NCBI GenBank assembly: GCA_964522175.1
Contig: CAZFVC010000001.1
Location: 1-59,540 of the forward strand
DNA: 59,540 bases
Origin: an uncultured Desulfurococcaceae archaeon
GTDB taxonomy: Archaea > Thermoproteota > Thermoprotei_A > Sulfolobales > NBVN01
Direction: 5' to 3'
This document shows positions 18,889-27,735 of this stretch, piece after piece; within the stretch, counting starts at the first letter, position 1; every line of letters starts with the position of its first letter. The translations under genes were made by a program, and so were the position numbers. Under the pieces are notes generated by a model. It was not told the DNA's origin. It made no database searches and saw only the letters and a list, made by a program, of their open reading frames with translations.

Positions 18889-19677
18889 TTAGTGTTCTCT
18901 AAGAAGCCGAATTACATGATCAATTAGTTGATGCGTAGCTTCAGAGGCTTTCTTAGGAATAACTATATCTGCAGCCCCTTTAGCGTAATCATCTGCATCA
19001 AGCGGTGCAACACCAATTCCAGCAACTTTTAGCATTGAGGAATCCACGGAGCTATCTCCTACCGCAATGACATCATCGGATCCAAGTCCAAGTCTTGTAA
19101 TTATTTCTTGTAGTGCGCTACCTTTATCACATTCCTCAGGGACTACATGCATAGCGTATCCTGAGTAAACTAGTTTAAATCCAGGATAATTTCTCGCAAC
19201 ATATTCTCGTATCCTCTGAATCCCTTTCTCCACTTCCTTAAGGGGGAGGTTACGAGGAAATGTGAGTGCAATATCATGGTGTCTATAACGGTTTTGCCAG
19301 CTTGTCTCAAGACCGAATGATTTTGCTAATTCGACACCTATGCTTTTCGCTTCCTTCTCTGTAAGGTGGATAACTTCTCCATTCACGTTTATGATACACC
19401 CACCTTCCGCAATCAAGATCTTATCTAAGTCAAGATATCTCACCAAAGTCATAACAACAGGGTATGAATTAGCTGATGCAAGGCACGTAAGAACACCCAT
19501 CTCTCTAAGATGCCGGAATTTCTTCATAAGATCCAAATCAAGTAGAAAATTACCTCTAGTCACCGTAAGAACACCGTCTATGTCGGAACATATGAGTTTA
19601 GGTGGCTTCTTAATGATTTCTCTCAAACTCTTCCCTAAATCTTCAGCTCCACTCATAATCCCACCGGTTATTAGCAA
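18889..19677 (-). CDS. HAD-superfamily hydrolase (Cof/phosphoglycolate phosphatase-like)
   Basis: 262 aa. It has DxD motif I (ICSDIDGVLT) and a late GDSxxD motif (AVGDSSVDSSM). Confidence 0.8.
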   Translation of the reverse strand: MLITGGIMSGAEDLGKSLREIIKKPPKLICSDIDGVLTVTRGNFLLDLDLMKKFRHLREMGVLTCLASANSYPVVMTLVRYLDLDKILIAEGGCIINVNGEVIHLTEKEAKSIGVELAKSFGLETSWQNRYRHHDIALTFPRNLPLKEVEKGIQRIREYVARNYPGFKLVYSGYAMHVVPEECDKGSALQEIITRLGLGSDDVIAVGDSSVDSSMLKVAGIGVAPLDADDYAKGAADIVIPKKASEATHQLIDHVIRLLREH

Positions 19678-19755
19678 AAGATATTGTAATATATGTTGAT
19701 GGATTGTTTTCCTAACCTATAAAAGAGCTTAAACATCCCTTGAGTAAGGGAAAAC

Positions 19756-21291
19756 ATGAACGAGATTCTCAACATCCAAGACCCGATTTTTAGAGACATA
19801 TACAGTGTTGAAGAGGGAAACATATATAGATTCAAGGCATACGCTTGCGGACATTGGATTGATTCAGATGTTTATATGCCTGTGAAGAGTCCTATAAATA
19901 ATGAGATTATTGCTAAGGTTCCCAAGCTTACTCAAAGTGATATAGAGGAGATGTTTAAGAAAATCTTTGAAGTTGGAAGATGGAGGATTAGAGATTTACC
20001 TGGATCAAAGAGGCTTGATTTGATGAAGATTATCGCAGATCTCCTCAAGAGACACTCAGACGACTTCGTGGAGGCCTTAGTAACGAATGCTGGAAAAACC
20101 TATGCCCAGGCTAGGGGAGAGGTTAATGCAAGTATCGATAGACTTATGAGGGCAGAGCTCGACGCCCGAAAGATTTTCGGAGAATATGTTCCGGGAGATT
20201 GGGATAAAACAACACTGGAAACGGAGGCAGTAATACGTAAGGAACCGTTCGGGGTTGTGTTAGCAATAATTCCCTTCAACTATCCGCTCTTCGACACAGT
20301 TTCCAAATTCGTTTACAGTACTATTGCAGGTAACGCAGTGGTCGTGAAGCCCCCTTCAACAGACCCACTTCCAGTACTCCTTTTCGCTAAAATTGTTGAG
20401 GAAAGCGGCTTCCCGAAGGACTCATTTGCTGTTCTCACTCTTCCGGGTAAAGAGAGTGATACCCTAGTTAAGGATCCTAGGATACATGTAATAAGTCTGA
20501 CTGGAAGCAGTCAGACAGGGCGCCATGTTCTGAGGGTTGCAGGGATTAAACAATTCATTATGGAACTTGGAGGGGGAGATCCTGCTATAGTGATGAAGGA
20601 CGCTGATTTAGAATTAGCAGCCGACAGAATAGCCAAAGGGATATATAGCTATGCAGGTCAAAGATGTGACGCAATCAAGCTTGTGATTGTAGAGAAGGAT
20701 GTATATGATATGTTTAAGGAAAAACTATCGAGCATTATCCGAAAGGTCAAGGTGGGTGACCCTAGGGATCCAAGCACTGAAGTTGGCCCTCTAATAAGTG
20801 CTGAATCTGCAGACAAGATGATGGAAGCTGTTCAGGAAGCTCTCGATAATGGAGGAAGGCTTCTTGCTGGAGGCAGAAGATTAGGAAAGACATACGTGGA
20901 ACCAACACTAATTGAGGTCAAGGACAAAGATCTTCTTAAGGAACTCACCTTATACAGAAAGGAGATCTTCGCCCCCGTAGCCATAATAACAGACTACGTA
21001 ACCCCTGAAGAGGCTATAAAACTTGCAAACGGGCGGGAGTATGGTCTTGACGCTGCAGTTTTTGGTGAAGATATAACAACAATTCGTAGGTTCCTCAGAT
21101 TCTTAGAGGTTGGAGCGATCTACATAAACGATATGCCTAGGCATGGTGTGGGGTACTATCCATTCGGCGGGAGGAAAAATTCAGGTATAGGGAGGGAAGG
21201 AATAGGTTACTCTGTTGAGTATGTATGTGCATTAAAGACAATAGTCTATAACTATAGGGGTAAGGGTGTGTGGAAATACTTGACTAAGTGA
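19756..21291 (+). CDS. Aldehyde dehydrogenase family protein, resembling non-phosphorylating GAPN
   Basis: 511 aa. It has a catalytic Glu context (MELGGGDP), a catalytic Cys context (AGQRCDAIK) and a C-terminal PFGGRKNSGIGREG. Subfamily assignment is tentative. Confidence 0.85.
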   Translation: MNEILNIQDPIFRDIYSVEEGNIYRFKAYACGHWIDSDVYMPVKSPINNEIIAKVPKLTQSDIEEMFKKIFEVGRWRIRDLPGSKRLDLMKIIADLLKRHSDDFVEALVTNAGKTYAQARGEVNASIDRLMRAELDARKIFGEYVPGDWDKTTLETEAVIRKEPFGVVLAIIPFNYPLFDTVSKFVYSTIAGNAVVVKPPSTDPLPVLLFAKIVEESGFPKDSFAVLTLPGKESDTLVKDPRIHVISLTGSSQTGRHVLRVAGIKQFIMELGGGDPAIVMKDADLELAADRIAKGIYSYAGQRCDAIKLVIVEKDVYDMFKEKLSSIIRKVKVGDPRDPSTEVGPLISAESADKMMEAVQEALDNGGRLLAGGRRLGKTYVEPTLIEVKDKDLLKELTLYRKEIFAPVAIITDYVTPEEAIKLANGREYGLDAAVFGEDITTIRRFLRFLEVGAIYINDMPRHGVGYYPFGGRKNSGIGREGIGYSVEYVCALKTIVYNYRGKGVWKYLTK

Positions 21292-21301
21292 ACTTACTTT
21301 G

Positions 21302-22528
21302 TCACCCTAATCTTTCAGGACAGCATGATGGGATAACCTTCATAACCGTTTCTTCCCTGTAACCCGTAATTACCTTAATATAGCCCGATAGCTTGAGGTC
21401 AAGCTCGGGATCTCCTGTATCCACAATGAGGTGCTTTAGTCTCGATATTTTTCCAGGTGTCGCCAGAACGAATATGTTTTCCTTCCCAACCCTTCTGAGA
21501 ACATCTGAGGTGAACTGTTGGTTCCCCCTCCCAAAGACGAATCCTTGACCACCAATAACCGTTACAACAATCTTGGCGTTTCCGTATTTCTCTATTAGGT
21601 TCAGTATATCTCTCTCACCGAGATCCTTCCCAACTATCTTACCATTATGCAGCGCGTCAACACCCAGCAATGTCTTGGGAAGGTTGAGGAGATCCGTTAC
21701 TGCCTTAATAGTGGTGCCCGGACCTAGGAAGTAGAGTGTTTCATTATCCAAGTATTCCTCAATGAAGTACTGTGCGATACTCTTCTTCACCTCCGGGCCT
21801 TCAGCAATTGAGGGATCCTTCTTAGGCACTACTAGGGATGTGACAACAGGGGTTTTTGCAAGCCCGTAAACCTTAATGTCTACAATGCCTTTCCTAATAG
21901 CGTCTTCGTTAGCGTCTGCAATTTCCGCAACCTCTATATCTGCGGCTCCCTTACTAAACATTGCAACAAGTTCCGCACATGCTTCGGGGGATATACAGAA
22001 CACGCCTGAATACATCTTGACGCCGCAGGGTATTCCTATTATAGGGACTTCTCTTCCGGAAGCCCGCACACCGTCAAGCACATCCCTCGCCGTGCCGTCG
22101 CCTCCCGCAAAAACTATTAGGTCACATCCCCTCCTCACAGTATCCTTAACAGCCTTAATAGTGTCCTCACGGGAGGTTTCCCTATTAGGGTCTTCGGGTA
22201 TAGGTAGGCATTCGTGATTAAGGTTGGTGTCCTTAAGGTAGTCGCATCCCATTGAGTGATTGGCAGACAGAATTAATCCGTGGAACCCTAAGGAGTTGAG
22301 CTTCTTCGCGAATCTTGACGCTCGCGAAGGCGCTACTGGTTTGGCTCCAAGTGAAATAGCCTGCCTGAAGAGCCCTCCATCTGTTCCCTTTAGCCCTACC
22401 GCCCCGCCCATCCCGGCTATGGGATTAACGACAAAACCTACTTTCATACCTACCCACAACCTATTAGGTCCCCTCATTAAATATATGAAACTTTCACCCT
22501 TCTCACACACCGGGTGGATACCCAACAT
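21302..22528 (-). CDS. ATP-NAD kinase-like domain protein (COG3199-type)
   Basis: It has a GGDGT motif (VFAGGDGTARDV) and an N-terminal VVNPIAGMGG. The real start is probably the ATG at 22447 (MKVGFVVNP). A TATA-like AAATATAT element lies about 30 nt upstream of that codon on this strand. Confidence 0.8.
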   Translation of the reverse strand: MLGIHPVCEKGESFIYLMRGPNRLWVGMKVGFVVNPIAGMGGAVGLKGTDGGLFRQAISLGAKPVAPSRASRFAKKLNSLGFHGLILSANHSMGCDYLKDTNLNHECLPIPEDPNRETSREDTIKAVKDTVRRGCDLIVFAGGDGTARDVLDGVRASGREVPIIGIPCGVKMYSGVFCISPEACAELVAMFSKGAADIEVAEIADANEDAIRKGIVDIKVYGLAKTPVVTSLVVPKKDPSIAEGPEVKKSIAQYFIEEYLDNETLYFLGPGTTIKAVTDLLNLPKTLLGVDALHNGKIVGKDLGERDILNLIEKYGNAKIVVTVIGGQGFVFGRGNQQFTSDVLRRVGKENIFVLATPGKISRLKHLIVDTGDPELDLKLSGYIKVITGYREETVMKVIPSCCPERLG

Positions 22529-22577
22529 TCTGAAACCTTCTTGTGGTATTACCCTCGACTTGAAGCCGGTGATTTAG

Positions 22578-23180
22578 ACGAGGTGTCCTAACTGTGGATG
22601 GGAAGATCTTGTGTGGGACTATGAGAGAGGGGATATTATCTGCCCAAAATGCGGAACTGTTGTGGAGAGAATTTATGTACCGCCAATTACCAGCAGAGAA
22701 GAGGATATTGAATTATTGAAACCATTTCGCCGGCCCCAGCCGAAGCTATCTAGGCTTTCTCGAGAGTATCTGCGCATACTTCACGAGATAAAGAGTAATA
22801 GGAGGCTGTCCTCGCGTGCTTACATAGATAGTGCGAAACTAATGGAGTTCGTTAAGGCCTCATCAAATAGGGTTAAGGTTATCAGGGTGGATCTTCCGAA
22901 ACCGGAGCTTTTGAAGGACCCTAAGATCAAAGCAGTGCTGAAGATTGTGGCTAAGTATCCTTCACTCCACTCCAGAACAGATAGGGCTAAAGTAGCTATT
23001 GCGCTGATCATGTCTTCACTGATTGAGAAGGGCCGAGTTAATGTGGGTGAGGTCTCACGCTCCACCGGATTAAGCAGGATGCATGTGAGGAGGCTTATAA
23101 GGCTTGTTAGTAGGGAAGCTTCCTTCCTTAAAGAGGCTGAGTATGTGCTGGCTAAGCCAGCACCTCTGGAGGGACCTTAA
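22578..23180 (+). CDS. Truncated TFB-like protein with a TFIIB-type zinc ribbon. The start codon is uncertain: ACG at 22578, or GTG at 22611.
   Basis: The in-frame sequence TRCPNCGWEDLVWDYERGDIICPKCGTVV matches the TFB ribbon pattern (CPxCG-x15-CxxCG). The track start (GTG at 22611) removes the first CxxC. A TAG stop sits at 22575, so only ACG and AGG precede the first Cys. A GGTGAT motif lies at 22568-22573. The C-terminus (VAIALIMSSLIEKGRVNVGEVSRSTGLSRMHVRRLIRL) looks like a single degenerate cyclin/HTH repeat. Confidence 0.6.
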   Translation, partial: TRCPNCGWEDLVWDYERGDIICPKCGTVVERIYVPPITSREEDIELLKPFRRPQPKLSRLSREYLRILHEIKSNRRLSSRAYIDSAKLMEFVKASSNRVKVIRVDLPKPELLKDPKIKAVLKIVAKYPSLHSRTDRAKVAIALIMSSLIEKGRVNVGEVSRSTGLSRMHVRRLIRLVSREASFLKEAEYVLAKPAPLEGP

Positions 23181-24114
23181 ATATGTATACCTTCCCTTGA
23201 ATTGTTTTGACGTCCTTGATCTTCTTAAGGGCTTCCTTCCCATTAATTGTTCCTTCATCAGGATGATCTAGCCTAACACCGATAACATCCTTTCCTTTGA
23301 TAAGGAACTTCATATTCAGCTTGTCCTTGGTTCTTACGTTAATGTAAAGAATTCCTTTATCCTTATGCTCGGTCCAGACTGCTTCAAGAAGCTTCTCAAA
23401 CTCCTTCCCAGAGCACTTATGGTCCTTAATATCGATCATCTCTGACTTAAGTAGAATCATTCCCAACGTAACCTCATCTGATAGGGCCTCAGGATTCTCA
23501 GGAATGGTTAGGCCTTCATGCTTCTTCTTAGGCTTCTTAGGCTTCTCCTCCTTCACTTCCTTCTTAGGTGTAGGTGCAGGCGCTGGGGCTTCATGCTTCT
23601 TAGGAGGCTTAACTTCCTCAGCCTTAGCTGCCTCAGCAGCTTTCGGGGCTGCTGGCGGGGTAACCATTTCTTTAACGGCCTTCCTCCTCTTCAGAGCCTC
23701 CACAATGGAGGGTATTTGGAACATGATTTTGTTCTTGAGATCATCTATGAAGGTAGCTACTCCTGAAGAAAGAACACGCTCACGGAAGAAACCTCCCTTA
23801 ACTGTGACGAAGCCTGTTACTAGGCTTCCCGTACCACGTTTCTCTATTGTGAGTTTAAGGTGGAAATAAATCTGTCCCTGACCCTCAATACTCACGGTCT
23901 TGGAGGCTTTCCCCTCAACAGTAGTCATCTTTATCTTCAGTTTATATATTGCACCAGCTATCCTTACCGTGACTTCGGCCTCGTTCTCACTGATCTGATT
24001 CATTGACTCGTAAATAGACCAGAGGGGGATGTGCATGTCTAGACGGCCAAGAATCTCGAATACGTCATCAGGTGGGATAGCAGTGATGACCTCAAATGAC
24101 CTTTCTATTGTCAT
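23152..24114 (-). CDS. Hypothetical two-domain protein with a Pro/Ala/Lys-rich linker
   Basis: 320 aa. The N-terminal ~150 aa may form an SRPBCC-like fold. The low-complexity linker reads PPAAPKAAEAAKAEEVKPPKKHEAPAPAPTPKKEVKEEKPKKPKKK. A C-terminal beta-rich domain follows. Its 3' end overlaps the TFB-like ORF by 29 nt. Confidence 0.7.
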   Translation of the reverse strand: MTIERSFEVITAIPPDDVFEILGRLDMHIPLWSIYESMNQISENEAEVTVRIAGAIYKLKIKMTTVEGKASKTVSIEGQGQIYFHLKLTIEKRGTGSLVTGFVTVKGGFFRERVLSSGVATFIDDLKNKIMFQIPSIVEALKRRKAVKEMVTPPAAPKAAEAAKAEEVKPPKKHEAPAPAPTPKKEVKEEKPKKPKKKHEGLTIPENPEALSDEVTLGMILLKSEMIDIKDHKCSGKEFEKLLEAVWTEHKDKGILYINVRTKDKLNMKFLIKGKDVIGVRLDHPDEGTINGKEALKKIKDVKTIQGKVYIFKVPPEVLA

Positions 24115-24211
24115 CAGGTATCACTATCATATATATTTAATCGGGTTTCTTATAAAAATCTAGATACTAATTATTTATTCTTCGGTAATAATTTTACGAA
24201 ACAATATTTCT

Positions 24212-26122
24212 TTACTTCTTCTTTATTAAGGAATTTATTTCATTCTTCACAACCTGAGCAACCTTCCTTCCGTCTGCCCTCCCCCTAACGACCTGCATTA
24301 CCTTACCCATGATTAGGCTGAAGGCCTTATCCCCTTTTCTGGCCACTTCATCGCTGTATTTTGCGACAACCTCCTTAACTATTCTGCGAAGTTCCTCGTC
24401 GCTAAGCCCTTCATACTTTCTCACAAGCTCATCAATTCTTCCTTCACTTCTAAGGTACTTCTCAAGTATTTCAGGAACTGCTTCCTTAGCTATTCCTCCT
24501 TCATCCACCGCCTTAAGCAAGTGGGAAAGCTCCTCAACCCCTACCTTGGTTATATCGAGGCCTTCAGATCTGAGTCCTTTGAGATGAATGAGCAGTGTTG
24601 TCGCCGCTAGGTGAGGGCTTATTCCATAGTCCTCGACAAGGTCGAGATAGGTCGGTAGCGAGGGGTCTCTAAGCAACTGCTCAGCCATATTCCTCCGTAA
24701 CCCGTGCTCCTCCGTAAGAGTTCTAAGCATTTCCTCAGGCGTCTTAGGCTTAATTCCTTCCGCTTCCTTGAGAAGTGTCTCATCAATTTTTACAGGAGGG
24801 ACGTCAGTCTCCGGATACATTCTTGCCGACCCCGGCTGCGGCCTCAGATACTTAGTTGTGCCGTCAGGGTTCGCACCCCTAGTCTCCTTAGGTATACCTC
24901 TGAAGGCTTCCTTCACCCTATCGATAACGGCCCTCAACGCCCTGAAGGCTTCCTCTCGGTCAGCAATAACGAATAGGTAGGCGTCTTTCTCCTCATCCAG
25001 GCCCAGGATCTGGTAGAGCTTTCTCTTATCCTCGTCACTTATTCCGTATGCAGGAAGTTCGTCGCTGTGGATAATTCCTGTAACACCTCCCCAAGCCTTA
25101 GCGTAGTCAGAGAGCTCTGTCCCGAACCTCCGGCCAGGCATAAGCCCCCAGCCCAGAATTCCTCTGAACCCGGGAAGCCTAACAGCGTAAACCTTTAGCC
25201 CCTTCTTTAAGGATCTCTGAATAAGCATGCTTCCGCTGTCTTTCAGAGCGTTGGTCACATCAATAATTTCCTCCTCCACCTTTTCAGGAGACAGTCCCCT
25301 CCTAGAAAGCTCCTCCCTTATCTTCAGGAGGTTGAGTTGACGCATCGCCTCATACTTAACAACCTTAGGAATAAGCTCAAGCTTCCCTACACCCTTAACC
25401 TCGATCTTTTCCCCTCCCTTAATCGATATGTTGAGGTCTTGACGAATCGTTCCGAGGCCTCTCTTAACCTTACCCGTCAGCCTGAGAAGGAGGCCTATTT
25501 TTAAAGCCACCCTCATAGCCTGCTCAGGACTCCTTATGTCGGGCCCAGTAGCTATCTCAACTAACGGAATACCTAGCCTGTCAAGGTTATATTTAATGAA
25601 GCCCGGGCCCTCACCCACCTTCCTAGCGGCGTCTTCCTCGAGACACACCGTCTGTATACTTATCTTCCCTTCCTCGTCCTCCAGGTAACCCCCGACACCA
25701 ACGATTGCAGTTCTCTGGAAGCCTGTGGTGTTCGACCCGTCAATAACGATCTTCCTCATGACTTGGATCTCGTCCAGTATTTCGGAGTTGAGGGCCTTAG
25801 CTATGGCTAAAGCAATAGTTAGAGCCTCCCTGTTAAGTTCGTGGGGAGGTTCCTCATCCATCTCAACTAAGCATGCGTGGCCTTCCGGAGCCTCATAAAT
25901 AATTTTCCTCCCTTTCCTCATCTCGTAGAGGGCCGCAGGATCAATCTCCCCCACCTCGCTCTTCACAACTCTTAGATATCTGCTGAACTCGCGCCTCGGT
26001 GTGGAATCGTCTGCAAGCCGTGTTGGGCAGGAGCAGAAGAGCTTATGCTTAGAGTTAAGCTGCTGATGAATCTCAAGCCCTACCTTTAGCCCCAACTCTT
26101 CGTAGTCCAGTTCCTCACCCAT
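24212..26122 (-). CDS. gatE: Glutamyl-tRNA(Gln) amidotransferase subunit E
   Basis: 636 aa. The N-terminus reads GLKVGLEIHQQLNSKHKLFCSCP. It overlaps gatD by 8 nt. Confidence 0.95.
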   Translation of the reverse strand: MGEELDYEELGLKVGLEIHQQLNSKHKLFCSCPTRLADDSTPRREFSRYLRVVKSEVGEIDPAALYEMRKGRKIIYEAPEGHACLVEMDEEPPHELNREALTIALAIAKALNSEILDEIQVMRKIVIDGSNTTGFQRTAIVGVGGYLEDEEGKISIQTVCLEEDAARKVGEGPGFIKYNLDRLGIPLVEIATGPDIRSPEQAMRVALKIGLLLRLTGKVKRGLGTIRQDLNISIKGGEKIEVKGVGKLELIPKVVKYEAMRQLNLLKIREELSRRGLSPEKVEEEIIDVTNALKDSGSMLIQRSLKKGLKVYAVRLPGFRGILGWGLMPGRRFGTELSDYAKAWGGVTGIIHSDELPAYGISDEDKRKLYQILGLDEEKDAYLFVIADREEAFRALRAVIDRVKEAFRGIPKETRGANPDGTTKYLRPQPGSARMYPETDVPPVKIDETLLKEAEGIKPKTPEEMLRTLTEEHGLRRNMAEQLLRDPSLPTYLDLVEDYGISPHLAATTLLIHLKGLRSEGLDITKVGVEELSHLLKAVDEGGIAKEAVPEILEKYLRSEGRIDELVRKYEGLSDEELRRIVKEVVAKYSDEVARKGDKAFSLIMGKVMQVVRGRADGRKVAQVVKNEINSLIKKK

Positions 26123-27428
26123 GGTACCACCCCGGATAGTGGTTCATGTCTAGGGAGGGATTCATCTCATTCACCATGTTAGTTGTGTATAGGGAGGCGA
26201 TCTCTGAAGGATCCTTGTCGGGGTAGGTTCCTATGAGCCAGGAAAGCTTCACGAAGGCCGTCTCCGGAAGCATATCCGATGACGGTATCGCACCGGCCTC
26301 AATGAGTTTACGCCCGTTCGTGTAGACATTCATGTTAACTCGGCCGAAAAGGGTTTGGGAAGTTACCGCTACCACCACATCCTCCTCAGTAGCTCTCTTC
26401 ACTGACTCTACACATGAGCCTCTTATGTGTCCAAGGCCTGTTCCCTCAATAACTATTCCTTTAAACCCCTTATCTACGAGGTAATCGATGATGCCGCACT
26501 CCATGCTTGGAAAGAACTTTAGTAGGAATACCTTATCGCTGAACCTTCCCACCTTCCTGAACTCTTCCCTTCTTCTCCTCGGGAGGTACCTCCTATTTAT
26601 TAGGTGGAATTCCTTATCTGGGAAAGTAACTTTGGCTAGGGGGACATCATTTATTGATTGGAAGGCGTCCCTCCTACTCGTATGCATTTTCCTTACCTTC
26701 ACACCTCTATGGGCAAGGACGTAGGTGTCTGAGGTGTCTCCATGCATCACCACGCAGACTTCTCCGAAGGGGGCGTGTCTGGCTATGGAGGTCGTTGCCT
26801 TAAGGTTGATGACGGAGTCCGTGCTTGGGCGGTCGCTGCTCCGCTGAGCACCCACAATCATTACAGGGATCGGGAGGTTTCTGAGGGTGAACGCCAGAGC
26901 TGAGGCGGTGTAGCCCATTGTGTCGGTGCCGTGGGCAATTATGACGGCGTCGTATCCTTCTTCCACCCTTTTAGCTACTTCCTCACCTATTCTCTCCCAG
27001 TGTTTAGGTGTTAGGTCCTCGCTGAGAAGTCTGTATAGCTCAACAACCTCAATCTCGGAGGCCTCATCCCGGAAGTCCGGAACCATACCGATGAGTTCCT
27101 CGGCCGTGATGGCTGGCTTGACGGCACCTGTCTCGTACTCGACCTTACTCACTATTGTGCCTCCAGTGCTGAGGAATGAAAGCCTTAAGTCTCCTTCCCC
27201 AGAGACCTTACTTTTTGCTAGGGACGGTGACTCCCCTACAGCGACAGCGCCTCTCTCAACAAGCTCTACCTCAGCCTTCTCCAGATCTATGCCGACGTTG
27301 TAGCCGTTAGGTAACTTGATGATGAGGGTTGAGGGAGAGCTGAACTCTGTCTTAGGCATCACTATGCCTTCCAGAACGTTCTCCCTTAACCTAACCCTAA
27401 CTCTATCCCCTGGCTTGAAACCAGCCAC
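26115..27428 (-). CDS. gatD: Glutamyl-tRNA(Gln) amidotransferase subunit D
   Basis: 437 aa. It has asparaginase-type motifs (FLSTGGTI, AHGTDTMGYTASALAF). Confidence 0.95.
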   Translation of the reverse strand: MAGFKPGDRVRVRLRENVLEGIVMPKTEFSSPSTLIIKLPNGYNVGIDLEKAEVELVERGAVAVGESPSLAKSKVSGEGDLRLSFLSTGGTIVSKVEYETGAVKPAITAEELIGMVPDFRDEASEIEVVELYRLLSEDLTPKHWERIGEEVAKRVEEGYDAVIIAHGTDTMGYTASALAFTLRNLPIPVMIVGAQRSSDRPSTDSVINLKATTSIARHAPFGEVCVVMHGDTSDTYVLAHRGVKVRKMHTSRRDAFQSINDVPLAKVTFPDKEFHLINRRYLPRRRREEFRKVGRFSDKVFLLKFFPSMECGIIDYLVDKGFKGIVIEGTGLGHIRGSCVESVKRATEEDVVVAVTSQTLFGRVNMNVYTNGRKLIEAGAIPSSDMLPETAFVKLSWLIGTYPDKDPSEIASLYTTNMVNEMNPSLDMNHYPGWYHG

Positions 27429-27490
27429 TACTTAACTCCCGTGAAGATAATTAATCAAGAATTAAGAAGGTATGTGGTTGCTTTAGCTCA

Positions 27491-27700
27491 CTAACTTGAC
27501 TTCCTGGGGACTGAGGACGGTGGGACCACGGTCGGGACAGGTAGTCCTGCCTCCTTCCTCTTCCTTATCCAGTACTCCCTCCTATTCCTTATTCTTGGAG
27601 GGAGGTTCCTCTTTGGCCTCTTCTCAATCTTCGGCGTCTGATTCCTCACCTTCCCAGCCTTAGTCATGGATCCGTGCGTAGGCATCTTTACTCCCTGCAA
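27491..27700 (-). CDS. rps30e: 30S ribosomal protein S30e
   Basis: It contains [25 protein letters not shown]. The real start is likely the ATG at 27685. It carries a Pro-rich C-terminal tail. Confidence 0.85.
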   Translation of the reverse strand: MQGVKMPTHGSMTKAGKVRNQTPKIEKRPKRNLPPRIRNRREYWIRKRKEAGLPVPTVVPPSSVPRKSS

Positions 27701-27735
27701 TCATGTGTTAGGGGAATAAAAAGCTATTCGGAGGA

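Noticed and set aside
18889-21291. An apparent AT-richer patch covering the HAD hydrolase and GAPN-like genes, as a possible horizontally acquired island
   Set aside because: Hand counts of a few 60-nt lines ranged from 32 to 47% GC here, but other core genes also vary between 40 and 60%. Without a sliding-window calculation the shift is not demonstrable. Both genes are ordinary metabolic functions.
23504-23869. Plus-strand ORFs of 121 and 82 aa with Leu/Arg/Cys repeats
   Set aside because: They are antisense to the Pro/Ala/Lys linker of the 320-aa protein. They are a low-complexity artefact.
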